Origin: an uncultured virus (IMG/VR IMGVR_UViG_3300011211_000002)
Lineage: Duplodnaviria; Heunggongvirae; Uroviricota; Caudoviricetes
IMG/VR virus record: IMGVR_UViG_3300011211_000002
Reading direction: 5' to 3' (one strand)
DNA: 64,000 bases
Below are positions 11,483 through 21,809 of this stretch, in pieces (position 1 is the first letter of the stretch; each line of letters opens with the position of its first letter). A program made the translations under genes and the position numbers. Under the pieces are notes generated by a model that saw nothing but the letters and a program-made list of their open reading frames with translations, searched no databases and was not told the DNA's origin.

Positions 11483-11514
11483 CAATTTAAGGATTATAGG
11501 AGGAAGAAAGAAAA

Positions 11515-11979
11515 ATGAACGAGACTGTTAAATTAGCACGTTATCGCAACACATCATATTTTGTTAAGTACACAGGAAATGGACAAGAAAGACAATACAC
11601 ATGGAGTGGAAGTAAAAATGGTCGTCCAGATATCAAGGTTGTCCCTCGTGAAGTGGTCGATTGGTTAACTATGAATACATCATGTTTTGATAAAGGACAA
11701 TTAGTAATTCAAGAAGATGATGTGATTGTAAATGAAATAAAAGACACTATTACTGAAGTAGATACTTATGAAAACAACACTAATACAAAGGAAGATATCG
11801 AGAAATTATTAGGCGGCAATATTAACAAACTTAAAGCCGAACTAAAGAAAATTACAGTTGATTCTGAAAAACAATTTGTAATTGATATCGCTTCTGATAT
11901 GAAAGAAAACTTAACAAAAGGTAAATTAGATGCTCTAGCTGAATGGATGGGAGTTAGCGCTGATATTCTATTTGATTAA
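11515..11979 (+). CDS. Virion morphogenesis protein (YonA-like)
   Basis: ORF with RBS AGGAGG; synteny. Confidence 0.55.
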   Translation: MNETVKLARYRNTSYFVKYTGNGQERQYTWSGSKNGRPDIKVVPREVVDWLTMNTSCFDKGQLVIQEDDVIVNEIKDTITEVDTYENNTNTKEDIEKLLGGNINKLKAELKKITVDSEKQFVIDIASDMKENLTKGKLDALAEWMGVSADILFD

Positions 11980-11991
11980 GAGGTGGTATAA

Positions 11992-12390
11992 ATGAATACC
12001 ACTTTTGATGATGTGTGGAAATGTTTCTTGAATAACTGTAAAGTATCCGATATTGATTTACCTAATACGAATGAAAAAATTCACGAAGCAATTAAGAATG
12101 CGACTATGTACTTTAACAATAGAATGAGGACTTCTATTCAATGTAATACTGAAATCGAAGCTTTTAGCGTTGAATTATCAGAAGATCACCTTTTAATTCT
12201 AGCTAACTTTATTCGATTGACATTCTTAGTTAATCAACGTACATATTTTGAGTCATTATGGCAACCATTCGCTTCAGATGTTGGATTAAGAAATTTCGGC
12301 ACTCAAATAAACTCATTAAAAGCATCTGTTCAAGAGCAAGAAAAGAAGCTTGATATCTTAATTATTAATACAATGGAGGACTTTCTATGA
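11992..12390 (+). CDS. Head-tail adaptor-like protein
   Basis: ORF with RBS; synteny with SPbeta yomZ. Confidence 0.5.
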   Translation: MNTTFDDVWKCFLNNCKVSDIDLPNTNEKIHEAIKNATMYFNNRMRTSIQCNTEIEAFSVELSEDHLLILANFIRLTFLVNQRTYFESLWQPFASDVGLRNFGTQINSLKASVQEQEKKLDILIINTMEDFL

Positions 12391-12641
12391 GTGATATTAA
12401 AGTGAAATCCTCTTATAGCAATAATGAATTTGAAGATGAAAGTGTTTATACTTATTGCTCTAAATTAAGCAAAAGAAACAATGCAATACTCTACTTACTT
12501 GAATCATACCTAAATAAAAGGTTACTTAGTGACAGTGAATTAGCTGAAATAAGAAGTGTCGTTTTGACAGTTAGTGCTGATATAGCGAGACTCCCTTCCC
12601 TACTGTTTGTTGAGGATGGTGACAGAAATGAAGGATTATAG
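12387..12641 (+). CDS. Hypothetical phage protein
   Basis: ATGA overlap with upstream gene; RBS GGAGG. Confidence 0.6.
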   Translation: MSDIKVKSSYSNNEFEDESVYTYCSKLSKRNNAILYLLESYLNKRLLSDSELAEIRSVVLTVSADIARLPSLLFVEDGDRNEGL

Positions 12642-13284
12642 TAATTATCATAATACTAATACAGGCAACAAAATAACTCATGATGCATTATTGCTACTTA
12701 ATAAATCCTTAGATAGTTATGCATCGTATGAAGTAGTAGTTAATTATGAGAAATCTACAAAGATCTTAATGAATCAGAAGTGGGATGCCGATGGTGAGGC
12801 AGTTAAAATAATTGGACATATTGCAGATATCGAAAGAGGAAACTTAATTGAGCATAATGGTGAATATTGGTTAGTAGTAACTAAACCTGAAGATAATAGG
12901 ATTTATCGAAAAGCTGAAGCAAGGTTATGTAGTGCAGAATTTCCAGTAAAATATGCTGATCAAAAAGTTGAAATCGGTAAGGACGACTTAAATAGACCTG
13001 CTTATAAAATTATTGAAGGTGAAGTTAAGATGTTACCTTGTGTCCCTAAGATGAATGATGCTTCTACTTCTATTGCTGATACTAATAACCCAATTAACCT
13101 TTTAGACAATCAGGTAATGATTACTATCCCTTACACTGAAGCTCCATCAATTAAGTACAATGAGAAATTTAAACTGTTCAATGATACATACCGAATTATC
13201 AGTATTGATCCTTCTAAATCTATCAATAAAGTTGGCGTTCTTAGAATTACTGGGGAACGTGTTGAAAGTGTTGGTGATAGTTAA
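12628..13284 (+). CDS. Head closure/neck protein-like
   Basis: Synteny; beta-rich sequence. Confidence 0.5.
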   Translation: MKDYSNYHNTNTGNKITHDALLLLNKSLDSYASYEVVVNYEKSTKILMNQKWDADGEAVKIIGHIADIERGNLIEHNGEYWLVVTKPEDNRIYRKAEARLCSAEFPVKYADQKVEIGKDDLNRPAYKIIEGEVKMLPCVPKMNDASTSIADTNNPINLLDNQVMITIPYTEAPSIKYNEKFKLFNDTYRIISIDPSKSINKVGVLRITGERVESVGDS

Positions 13285-13805
13285 TGGATTTGCGAGGAAG
13301 TCTTAAAAAATTATTCATTACATTGTCATCTCATGAAAAATTATTACGCTTGCTTCATTATAAACCTGTAAACGCATTGGATAATCCGCTAGATACTAAG
13401 AAGCCCGACATTAATTCACTACCTGACAAGTATGACATAGTTGAAAAGGTATTAATGCCTTCTGATAAAAAATATGATTTAGATTTAAAGTCTGAGTTAT
13501 GTAGGATTTGTTTCTATACAGGGACTAGAAAACCTCAAGAAAGCTACAACCCTGCTGCACATAGACAACAAGATAATGTGTATATGGCTGACCAAGTATA
13601 CAACTTTGATGTTTATGTACATGTAGATATTGATATTAAAGATTTCAGAATGACTTGGATTTGTGATACTTTGAATGAAATTCTAGATAAGGAACATGTA
13701 ACTGATATAGGTGACTTTAGATTGGCGTTCTCCTCCCCTATCAATAATACTCCAGATGGCTTCATTGGCTATAAAATGGCATATGTTACAAATTCAGTTC
13801 AGTGA
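13284..13805 (+). CDS. Tail terminator/completion-like protein
   Basis: TAATG coupling; synteny. Confidence 0.5.
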   Translation: MDLRGSLKKLFITLSSHEKLLRLLHYKPVNALDNPLDTKKPDINSLPDKYDIVEKVLMPSDKKYDLDLKSELCRICFYTGTRKPQESYNPAAHRQQDNVYMADQVYNFDVYVHVDIDIKDFRMTWICDTLNEILDKEHVTDIGDFRLAFSSPINNTPDGFIGYKMAYVTNSVQ

Positions 13806-13816
13806 GGTGAGGATTT

Positions 13817-14575
13817 GTGAATGTTGATTTAGATAATGTTTGGGGCGACCCTAAGTATATTAATGAAGTCCCTATATATCCAGTTTTTATGAAAGACATA
13901 CTTAATCTTTATGAAGCAACCACTTGTCTTTTGATACCTAAAAATTCTATGAGTGATCCGAAGATAATTAAAATGTCATATCTGTCTTTCCTAATAAGCA
14001 TAAGTCAAAGTGACGAAAATAAGCATTTATTAGATAAATTAGATAATCTTATTAAGTTAGTAACTAGGACAGATAATATTGATTACCATTTTGACGAAAA
14101 GAATAAGTTGGTAATTTCAGTAGATAATACTGGTATTATTATGGAAAAGGATTTTGAAAAATTTCGAGAAATCATAAGTGTTCAGAATATAATTAAGACT
14201 AAGGACGATTCTTTGGGTAGTGATTTTGACAAGGCTAAAGCAGATGCTAAGGCGTATTTATCAAAACGAAATGGACGTATTGCAGATCTCGAGCAACAAA
14301 TAATCGCTTACAAATGTATTCAAAAAGTGTCTTATGAGGATATTAAAAAATCAACAATTTATCAATTTAACAAAGAGATAGAAAGAATTGATTTAATAAA
14401 AACAGCAGATGTCTTACAGAATGCAAAATACAACAGTATGGTTTCGTTTAAAGAAGGTACAACTTTCCCTCACTGGTTGGACTACATTAAAGATAAATCA
14501 GATGATGATGGAGTAGTTTTAACTGGAGACCAACTTAAACAAATTAATAAAAAGAACGGATTAGTAAGTATATAA
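13817..14575 (+). CDS. Tail-associated hypothetical protein (YomV-like)
   Basis: GTG start with RBS GAGGTGA; synteny. Confidence 0.5.
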   Translation: MNVDLDNVWGDPKYINEVPIYPVFMKDILNLYEATTCLLIPKNSMSDPKIIKMSYLSFLISISQSDENKHLLDKLDNLIKLVTRTDNIDYHFDEKNKLVISVDNTGIIMEKDFEKFREIISVQNIIKTKDDSLGSDFDKAKADAKAYLSKRNGRIADLEQQIIAYKCIQKVSYEDIKKSTIYQFNKEIERIDLIKTADVLQNAKYNSMVSFKEGTTFPHWLDYIKDKSDDDGVVLTGDQLKQINKKNGLVSI

Positions 14576-14603
14576 AATACATAAAGACGAAAGAGGTATT
14601 TAA

Positions 14604-15572
14604 ATGACAGAAAAACTATTTGCTGTTTCAACAGCCGATGCACTATTGATTGATCCATCTAATGATACACTTGTTGTTAAGGCTACGGCATTATTAACTT
14701 CAAGTATGGAACAATCAATGCAACAAACAGATATCAATTCAGGTCGTGGTTCACAGTTACAAACTATCTATAATTATCAAAAAGTTTTATCTTTCCAAAT
14801 TGAGGCTGCTGACTTCTCTCCAGTTTATTTAGCTCTACAAACTGGTTCAGAAATTAAGAACAAAATGAGTAATTACTTTACGGAAGAGTTTGTTACATTT
14901 GATTCAACTGGTAAAGGTACTTTATCTCAAACACCTATTGGTAACGTATATGTAGAATCACCTGCCAACCATGTTACAAAAACTCCTACTGGATCAGTTA
15001 TTACAGACATCGCTTATGCTGATAAAGAATTAAAAGTTGTTTATCAATATGATGCACAAGTGGATGAACTTACAATCGGTGCTAATGACTTCCCTAAAGC
15101 ATATAGATTAGTTTTAATTTCGGATATTTTCAATGCCGATGGAGACAAAGCTTATGAACAACAAATTGAAGTGCCTCGTTATAAGTTAGATGGTGCATTA
15201 TCAATGAGCTTAGCACATGATAGTGTTGCTCAATTCACTATGAATGGTAAAGCTTTAACTGATAATGATATGTATGCTACTGTAAAGTGGAAACCTGTCA
15301 AAGGTACTTCTATTAAAGTATCTTCATTGGCTACTGATGTTTCAGAAGTAACATTAGCTGTAGGTGAAAAACAAAAAGTGATGACGTTGGGTATCCGTGG
15401 CGGTGGCTATAGCAATGTTTTAATGGATAATTCTAAACTTACTTTTACATCTGACGATGAAGCAGTTGCTACATTTGTAAATGGAGAAATCACTGGTGTT
15501 GGTACAGGTGAAACAAATGTAAAAGTATCTGATGGTACATATACAGATGTAGTTGAAGTTGTAGTATCATAA
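14604..15572 (+). CDS. Major tail tube protein with C-terminal Ig-like (Big_2) domain
   Basis: C-terminal FTSDDEAVAT..NGEITGVGTGETNVKV Ig-like motif; position. Confidence 0.75.
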   Translation: MTEKLFAVSTADALLIDPSNDTLVVKATALLTSSMEQSMQQTDINSGRGSQLQTIYNYQKVLSFQIEAADFSPVYLALQTGSEIKNKMSNYFTEEFVTFDSTGKGTLSQTPIGNVYVESPANHVTKTPTGSVITDIAYADKELKVVYQYDAQVDELTIGANDFPKAYRLVLISDIFNADGDKAYEQQIEVPRYKLDGALSMSLAHDSVAQFTMNGKALTDNDMYATVKWKPVKGTSIKVSSLATDVSEVTLAVGEKQKVMTLGIRGGGYSNVLMDNSKLTFTSDDEAVATFVNGEITGVGTGETNVKVSDGTYTDVVEVVVS

Positions 15573-15586
15573 AAAATACATAATTC

Positions 15587-15616
15587 GAGTAGGGTTAATT
15601 CCCTACTCTACTTTTA
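15587..15616 (+). terminator. Intrinsic terminator-like hairpin
   Basis: GAGTAGGG-ttaatt-CCCTACTC followed by T-rich tract. Confidence 0.65.
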
Positions 15617-15643
15617 TATTGGAGAAAAGGAGAAATTTTTAAT

Positions 15644-16129
15644 ATGGGACAATTAACATTATCTGATATTCAAAAACAAGTTGCTGAGTTGGATAAAAAA
15701 GAGAAGTTTTATTTAGATAAAGAAAATGATCATTTCATTTATTATTATCCTAAGTTCTCTGAAGATAAAATCAACGAAGTATTTGAAGAACTACTTAGTA
15801 CAGGTAAATATTGTGAAGAAAATAAAATGAGTAAGTTACAAACAGATGACCAAGTAACAGAATACTTACAATTCCTGATTATAAAACACTTTACTTCACT
15901 TAATGATGAACTTGTAAATGAATCATTTGATACTCACTATAGAACTATGAAAGCATTAGGAAAAAATGGACTACATCGTGTTTTCTTAGATCATATGTTT
16001 GATACTGCTGAAGTCATCAAAGTTTTAAAACGTAAGAATGAAGTAGAAAAATTAGGTGAATTAGTATTGCTTGAACTTGAAAAAGATGAACGGAATAAAA
16101 ATAGACAATTACACGTTTTAGGTAAGTAA
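15644..16129 (+). CDS. Probable tail assembly chaperone
   Basis: After tail tube gene; paralogous to 21282-21809. Confidence 0.5.
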   Translation: MGQLTLSDIQKQVAELDKKEKFYLDKENDHFIYYYPKFSEDKINEVFEELLSTGKYCEENKMSKLQTDDQVTEYLQFLIIKHFTSLNDELVNESFDTHYRTMKALGKNGLHRVFLDHMFDTAEVIKVLKRKNEVEKLGELVLLELEKDERNKNRQLHVLGK

Positions 16130-16131
16130 AT

Positions 16132-16626
16132 ATGGTTCAGTTCAATGATTTAGATCAATTGCAACGCTACCTTGAACGTAATTCCAATCAAGTGTTCAAT
16201 GATAAGAATATCGAAAAGGTTTTAGCAGTTACAATGTCTCAAGCTGTATATGATGTCGTATACAGTAGATATGTACCAGTTGAATATAAACGTAGACGTA
16301 ATAGTGGTGGTTTATCTGACGTTCGTAACATGAAGATAACTAGGGTCGAAGTAAAAAACGGAAAAGTTGTAGTGTTATTTGAAAACTTAACATTAGGTCA
16401 AGGACACTTCACCCCTATTTATGAACAGAGTCAAGATTCCATGTATGGGCAATTCATTACCGATACGATTGAAGATGGTATTAGTGACAATTGGTACAGG
16501 AAAGGTAAGTGGAGTGAGAGTAGAAAATTCGTCCAAGAAACCATCGCTAGAATTGAAGCCAACCCTACATATTTAATAAATGCAATTAAGAATGCTTATA
16601 AAAAATTAGGATTTGAAGTGAGGTAA
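16132..16626 (+). CDS. Tail/neck-associated protein (YomN-like)
   Basis: VYDVVY..Y.P..Y.RR...GGL motif seen in SPbeta-like tail regions. Confidence 0.5.
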   Translation: MVQFNDLDQLQRYLERNSNQVFNDKNIEKVLAVTMSQAVYDVVYSRYVPVEYKRRRNSGGLSDVRNMKITRVEVKNGKVVVLFENLTLGQGHFTPIYEQSQDSMYGQFITDTIEDGISDNWYRKGKWSESRKFVQETIARIEANPTYLINAIKNAYKKLGFEVR

Positions 16627-16668
16627 CTTCAAGTCTCTTTTTCATTCTTTTGAAAGGAGAATGATGAA

Positions 16669-17646
16669 TTGAGTAAAATTAAACAAGTAACAGATACAGA
16701 ATGGGATTTAGTAAATGATGAAAATAAAGAAATCGCAGAATCTTTTTTAAATCAATTACACCTATCACCACACACATTAAAACAGTATGATTCCGCAGTT
16801 AAGATATTCTTTAGATGGGTAAAAGATTTTCAACGTAATAAACCTTTATATCAATTAAAGCCACGTAACGGATTAGAGTACCAGAACTATCTTATCAAAT
16901 CAGGATTAGCAAATGGTTCAGTAAGGTTTAAACGTTCTGTAGTTTCTTCGATGTGTGGATTTGTAGAAAACTTTTATGATGATTTAGATGAATATAAATT
17001 ATTTAGAAATATATTTAATAAGAAAATTCCCAATGTGTCCAATGAAAAAGCTAAAGAGAAAATTCCTCTTACAGTTGAAGAGTATGAATTAATCTGTAAA
17101 ACCTTAGAAGAACAAGAACAATGGCAAATGTTAGCCTTTTTAAAGTTCACATACTCATCAGGTTGTCGTAAAGGTGAGGTACATCAATTACTCAAAGAAG
17201 TAGTTGACTATAACAGAGTTAAAGATAAAGACGGAAATGAAAAGAAATACTATTTAACTCATAATGTACGTACCAAGGGGAAAGGTATCGAAGGTTTAGT
17301 TAGAAAGTTAAAATTTGATGATGAAGCAATGGATGCTATCAAAAAGTGGTTAGAGGTACGAGGAGAAGATGATTGTCCATATGTTTTTGTTAACAAAACA
17401 AAAGATGGTAAAGTCTCTCAATTATCCACTGCAACTTTTAATTATTGGACTTCGAATAATTTCTCAAAAATCATTGATAGACATATGTTTGTTCACTTAA
17501 TCCGTAGTACTCGTGCAACACATATTGTAGTTGATGGAAATCAAGATATCAAAACTGCTCAAGACATCCTTGGTCATAAATCAAGCGAAACAACTGAGAT
17601 TTATGTAGTTCGTGATGAAAGTGATTTAGCTGATGGTGCATTTTAA
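16669..17646 (+). CDS. Tyrosine recombinase (YomM-like)
   Basis: Catalytic R (GCRKGE), K (KGK), HxxR (HLIR), LGH and Y (TTEIY). Confidence 0.9.
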   Translation: MSKIKQVTDTEWDLVNDENKEIAESFLNQLHLSPHTLKQYDSAVKIFFRWVKDFQRNKPLYQLKPRNGLEYQNYLIKSGLANGSVRFKRSVVSSMCGFVENFYDDLDEYKLFRNIFNKKIPNVSNEKAKEKIPLTVEEYELICKTLEEQEQWQMLAFLKFTYSSGCRKGEVHQLLKEVVDYNRVKDKDGNEKKYYLTHNVRTKGKGIEGLVRKLKFDDEAMDAIKKWLEVRGEDDCPYVFVNKTKDGKVSQLSTATFNYWTSNNFSKIIDRHMFVHLIRSTRATHIVVDGNQDIKTAQDILGHKSSETTEIYVVRDESDLADGAF

Positions 17647-17738
17647 ATAATTGAACTACTCCCCTACTCAACATTAGGGGGTTACTTGAGTTATTTAGTA
17701 AAATAAGAATTTTATTTAAATAAATACATAAACAAAAC

Positions 17739-17767
17739 TTGATATTAATTTCTCCTCATGTTAGTAT
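17739..17767 (+). promoter_or_regulatory. SigA-like promoter for antirepressor gene
   Basis: TTGATA-17 bp-TAGTAT with TG extension, overlapped by imperfect inverted repeat TCTCC..ATGT/ACATGGAGA. Confidence 0.5.
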
Positions 17768-17842
17768 TTAGACATGGAGATAAATCAGTAATTGATTTTA
17801 CCCATTGAATGAATAAATACATAAAATTAAAGGGGAGATTTA

Positions 17843-18787
17843 ATGACAGAAATTAAATTGTTTCAAAATGGTACAGTAAAAAGTAAAGACAGAGAATTTA
17901 CTCGTCTAGTCGGTGGATTTGGCGAAAAAGAAAGTGTTATTTCTGATTTACAGGTGGCAGAATTATTAGGTTATAAAATGGGCGCAAGACAAGTTCGTCA
18001 ACATATTCAAAGAAACATATCTCATTTTGAAAAAGGTATTCATATCAATGATTTAAAATCTAGTGTGGCTGAGAGCAACACTAGAGAAATGTTGAAATTA
18101 GTAGGATACTCAGACCAATCATGTAATTTATCTAAAAACATTTACATCTTATCTAAAGCAGGATTTTTACTTTATTTAAAATTTGCTGAAGGCGATAAGG
18201 CTGTTGAGATTTATAAAGATTTCTTAGAAGATTACTTCCAAACTAAAGCAGAAAATGAACATATGAAATCAGGCATTCACGAACAGATTGAAAAATGGAA
18301 AGAAAAGAAGGCTTTCGCATTCGGTATGAGCATCATGTCTCAATCAGATGATGATAAGGTTAAATATTTAAATGAAGTAGAAGAAGCTAACACTCAAATT
18401 TTAGAATTAGAGAAGATTGTTTCTAAAGAAGAAGTAGTTAAAAGTTTACAGTCTAAAATTCATATGAGTGAACTGATTGAAAATACTGATGGTCATTTTG
18501 ATATTGGAAACTTTGCTAAAATAATCGGAGTTGAAGGATTAGGTAGAAATAATTTATTCAAATGGTTACGTGAACAAAAGATTCTACAAAGTAATAATAT
18601 CCCCTATCAAAAGTATATGGATTACTTTAAAGTCATTCCAGTTGTAAATCAGTTTGGAAAAACAAATGATAAACCTTTACTTAAATCAAAGGGTGTAGAC
18701 TTCTTAGTCAAAAGGTTGATTAAAGATAATCAGATTGTAACAAAAAGCGTTAGTCAAATACTTAATGAATTACCTCAAGCTAATTAA
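17843..18787 (+). CDS. Phage antirepressor (ORF6N-like N-terminus, KilA-C/ANT-like C-terminus)
   Basis: GGFGE..S...QVAELLG N-terminal motif; C-terminal FAKII..GLGRNNLFKWLRE..IL...N.PYQKY. Confidence 0.85.
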   Translation: MTEIKLFQNGTVKSKDREFTRLVGGFGEKESVISDLQVAELLGYKMGARQVRQHIQRNISHFEKGIHINDLKSSVAESNTREMLKLVGYSDQSCNLSKNIYILSKAGFLLYLKFAEGDKAVEIYKDFLEDYFQTKAENEHMKSGIHEQIEKWKEKKAFAFGMSIMSQSDDDKVKYLNEVEEANTQILELEKIVSKEEVVKSLQSKIHMSELIENTDGHFDIGNFAKIIGVEGLGRNNLFKWLREQKILQSNNIPYQKYMDYFKVIPVVNQFGKTNDKPLLKSKGVDFLVKRLIKDNQIVTKSVSQILNELPQAN

Positions 18788-18833
18788 TATAATAAATACA
18801 TATACTTAAAATATAAATAAAGGAGACGATTTT

Positions 18834-19037
18834 ATGACAAACGAACAGCTATCATTCCTTGATGAATTAACGAATATGTTAACAAATGTACTTCTAGATA
18901 AGAGTGACTCTTATGAAATTATTACTAATGATGAGAATGGCAACAGTAAACAATTAATTAATCGTGAAGAATATTTAGAACGTGTCATCTCTACAACGAT
19001 TGTAGATTTAGGAAGTATGTTTCCTGATATTAGTTAA
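18834..19037 (+). CDS. Hypothetical protein
   Basis: RBS AAGGAG; 67 aa. Confidence 0.6.
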   Translation: MTNEQLSFLDELTNMLTNVLLDKSDSYEIITNDENGNSKQLINREEYLERVISTTIVDLGSMFPDIS

Positions 19038-19046
19038 TAAAAATAA

Positions 19047-19073
19047 AAGGTGAGAACCAACCACTCTCACCTT
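19047..19073. terminator. Hairpin between convergent genes
   Basis: AAGGTGAGA...TCTCACCTT. Confidence 0.6.
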
Positions 19074-19081
19074 CCCTATTA

Positions 19082-19522
19082 TTAATAAGTATCAATTACT
19101 TCTACTCCTACAATTTCAATAACTGACATACACGAATCAAATAAATAACAATCATCCTTGAAAATGAATTTATCGATTGTGATTTGACAAGGTGTCACCA
19201 GAGTGTCAATATTGCTGATTAAATCATCAGACGCATTTTCAATTAATACACAGAGATCAAATTCTAATTCACCTTCGGATATTACATTAAATTTAAAGTA
19301 ATTGGTGAAATTGTATGTACAATCTGGAAGACTACTCACAGACATATTGAAGTTTTCTATGCTGCAATCTAAACTGTTTTCTTCATCATAATTGTACTCT
19401 TGATAGATTTTTTCAAATGATTTTAACTTACCATTTTCGTAAACAAGCTCACCTAGTAATTCAACTTGTGATGGCATGTCCCCTTTTGCAATAAGTTTGA
19501 TTGATGTGATTAATGTATTCAT
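19082..19522 (-). CDS. Acidic hypothetical protein (accessory)
   Basis: Likely start MNTL with RBS AAGGGG; own SigA-like promoter. Confidence 0.6.
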   Translation of the reverse strand: MNTLITSIKLIAKGDMPSQVELLGELVYENGKLKSFEKIYQEYNYDEENSLDCSIENFNMSVSSLPDCTYNFTNYFKFNVISEGELEFDLCVLIENASDDLISNIDTLVTPCQITIDKFIFKDDCYLFDSCMSVIEIVGVEVIDTY

Positions 19523-19566
19523 GTACACTCTCCCCTTCTTTATTTGTATATTATAGTGGTATTTTT

Positions 19567-19654
19567 GCACATTAAAGTGTGCTTTATGAGTTAAATAATA
19601 TACACTACAATGTGCATTGTCAACCTTAAATTGTAAAAAAGCACCCTTCAGTGT
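19567..19654. promoter_or_regulatory. Divergent control region: three RCAC-N6-GTGY operators and leftward SigA promoter
   Basis: Sites at 19567-19580, 19602-19615, 19641-19654; TTGACA (19623-19618)-17 bp-TATTAT (19600-19595) on - strand. Confidence 0.7.
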
Positions 19655-19680
19655 AAAATAAACTATAGAGGTGAGTCATT

Positions 19681-19890
19681 ATGATAAAAGTACACTTATC
19701 ACGTTTATTAGGTGAACGTAAAATGAAAGTTTCAGAACTTGCAGAAAAAACTGGACTACATCGAAATGGATTATCCAGACTGTATAATGAAGAAACAGAT
19801 GGTATTAAATTCCAAACATTAGAATTGATTTGCAAAGCGTTAGATTGTCAAATTACTGATTTAATTGAGATTGTAGAAGATAAGGATTAA
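19681..19890 (+). CDS. Xre/Cro-family HTH regulator
   Basis: LSRLLGERKMKVSELAEKTGLHRNGLSRLYN...TLELICKALDC HTH pattern. Confidence 0.9.
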   Translation: MIKVHLSRLLGERKMKVSELAEKTGLHRNGLSRLYNEETDGIKFQTLELICKALDCQITDLIEIVEDKD

Positions 19891-20141
19891 CCCTTATTTA
19901 ACACTAACCCTTCACATTTAATTATTAATGGTAATATAGGAATAATTTAGTAAATAATAACTACTTATACTAACTTAAAATTGAATATAAACACCCTCTT
20001 TTTAGACAAAACAAAATAATTTCGTATCAAAAATATAACATAATTACAGAAATACGTAAATATGTAATAAATTGAATTCTATACCTCGTGTGCATATAAT
20101 GAATTTTAGTGGATTTATATATACATATGAGGTGTTGAATA

Positions 20142-20369
20142 TTGATAAAATTGACAATTGATAAGGCAGCTACTTCTAAGGGAATTAGTTCTCAAAAAGA
20201 GTTGAGGGAATTGATCATAGAAAAAACTGGAGTGGAATTAAGGGCAGCTACAATTTCAGATTTATACAGAAACAATAAAAATCAAATTAACAGAGAACAC
20301 CTTTTTGCGGTAATGGAAGCATTGGAAATTACTGATTTTAATGAAGTCCTTACAATAAAGAGGAGATAA
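20142..20369 (+). CDS. Xre-family HTH protein
   Basis: SQKELRE..EKTGVELRAATISDLYRN pattern; TTG start with RBS GAGGTG. Confidence 0.75.
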   Translation: MIKLTIDKAATSKGISSQKELRELIIEKTGVELRAATISDLYRNNKNQINREHLFAVMEALEITDFNEVLTIKRR

Positions 20370-20502
20370 TTGAATATGTTTCCTTAACTCCATAATCATG
20401 TTATCCTATAGTAAATAATGTATCTGGAGGCATGAATATGGAATTTAAAGTGATACCTAGTATTACATGCTGTATCATTCATATTGGTCGGGGTAATACT
20501 GT

Positions 20503-21192
20503 ATGAGTGATAAAAATCTAAAATTAATATTAGTCGGTCTATTGTCTATCTTGAGTGCACTATTAATTTTTATTCCATTTGTAATTGAAGGTTTATTGGA
20601 TAACTTCATTGGTGTAACTACATTAATAATTGGACTTTTGTTAGGCGGAGTATCAATAGGTTTATATTTTAGATTTAATGAAAATAAACCTCACTTAGTA
20701 AAGAAGTTAAAAGATGAAATAAAATTTAAATATCAATTAGATGATCTCTTTGTTTCAAATGACTTAAGTGGAGTTGTCGGTTATTCAAAAGAACGAAGTA
20801 CTTTATATTTAATGACTAGGGCAGATATTGCTACAGGAGTTGAATTCTTAGATAACCAATACTTGATTGATGCATTTCCATTAGATAGCGTAACAAAGTT
20901 AAATATTATTGAAAATGACAATGTCATTATTAACTCCTCTAGTACAAGTTCAATTGGTCAATCAGTTAGTGGTGGGTTTGGTAATGAAGGTATTCAAAAC
21001 AAAAAGATTATATATAAAGTTAGATTACAAGCTATCACAAAGGATGTTATAAAACCTTCATCAGAAGTCTTTTTATTCAGCAGTAACATTGGGCTAAAAC
21101 GAAATTCAAGTGAACAATTGGAATTGTACAAAACCCTAAATGATCTGCTTGATAAAATGAAAATGGTTTTAAAGAAGCAAATGACTTACTAG
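20503..21192 (+). CDS. Membrane protein with two N-terminal TM helices (accessory)
   Basis: Two hydrophobic segments in first 60 aa. Confidence 0.7.
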   Translation: MSDKNLKLILVGLLSILSALLIFIPFVIEGLLDNFIGVTTLIIGLLLGGVSIGLYFRFNENKPHLVKKLKDEIKFKYQLDDLFVSNDLSGVVGYSKERSTLYLMTRADIATGVEFLDNQYLIDAFPLDSVTKLNIIENDNVIINSSSTSSIGQSVSGGFGNEGIQNKKIIYKVRLQAITKDVIKPSSEVFLFSSNIGLKRNSSEQLELYKTLNDLLDKMKMVLKKQMTY

Positions 21193-21281
21193 TTACTCCC
21201 CTACTTACCCACCTCAAAAGTGGGTTTGGTTTTAATTGTTAAAACAATAAATACATAAATTTATATAAAGGAGAATTATAT

Positions 21282-21809
21282 ATGCCAAATAAAATTAATT
21301 CAGTTGATACTTCATTCTTTACTCAACGAGCTGAAAACGTTAATCGGAAAGAGGTTTATCATTTCGATAAAGAAAAAGGACACAGCATTACATACTTTCC
21401 TGTATTCCCTAAGTCAAAAAAAGATGAATTGATTGTGGAGTTAATTGAAACAATTCAATATTGTAAAAACAATAACATTGATTATCTTAAAGATGATGCT
21501 GATATTACCCAATATACAGGTTATCTTATTATTAAACACTTCACTTCCCTATATGATACTTTGTCTAAATGGTCTGTCGAAGACAACATTGCATATTTAA
21601 AAGGATTGTATGATAGTGGAGATTTTGAAATGTTCTTTGACGAAATATTTACTATTGAAGAAGTGGACAAAATATTTAATCAACTGAAAGAAACTAATAA
21701 AATTGCTGAAATCTATAAAAAAGAATTAGATAAACAAAAACAAATTATTGAATCCAATGTAAATAGTAATGTGTTAAAGGAAAAAGCATTAAAACAATTG
21801 CCAAATTGA
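21282..21809 (+). CDS. Paralog of probable tail assembly chaperone
   Basis: Shares Y(Y/F)P.F, YC..N and LIIKHFTSL with 15644-16129. Confidence 0.6.
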   Translation: MPNKINSVDTSFFTQRAENVNRKEVYHFDKEKGHSITYFPVFPKSKKDELIVELIETIQYCKNNNIDYLKDDADITQYTGYLIIKHFTSLYDTLSKWSVEDNIAYLKGLYDSGDFEMFFDEIFTIEEVDKIFNQLKETNKIAEIYKKELDKQKQIIESNVNSNVLKEKALKQLPN

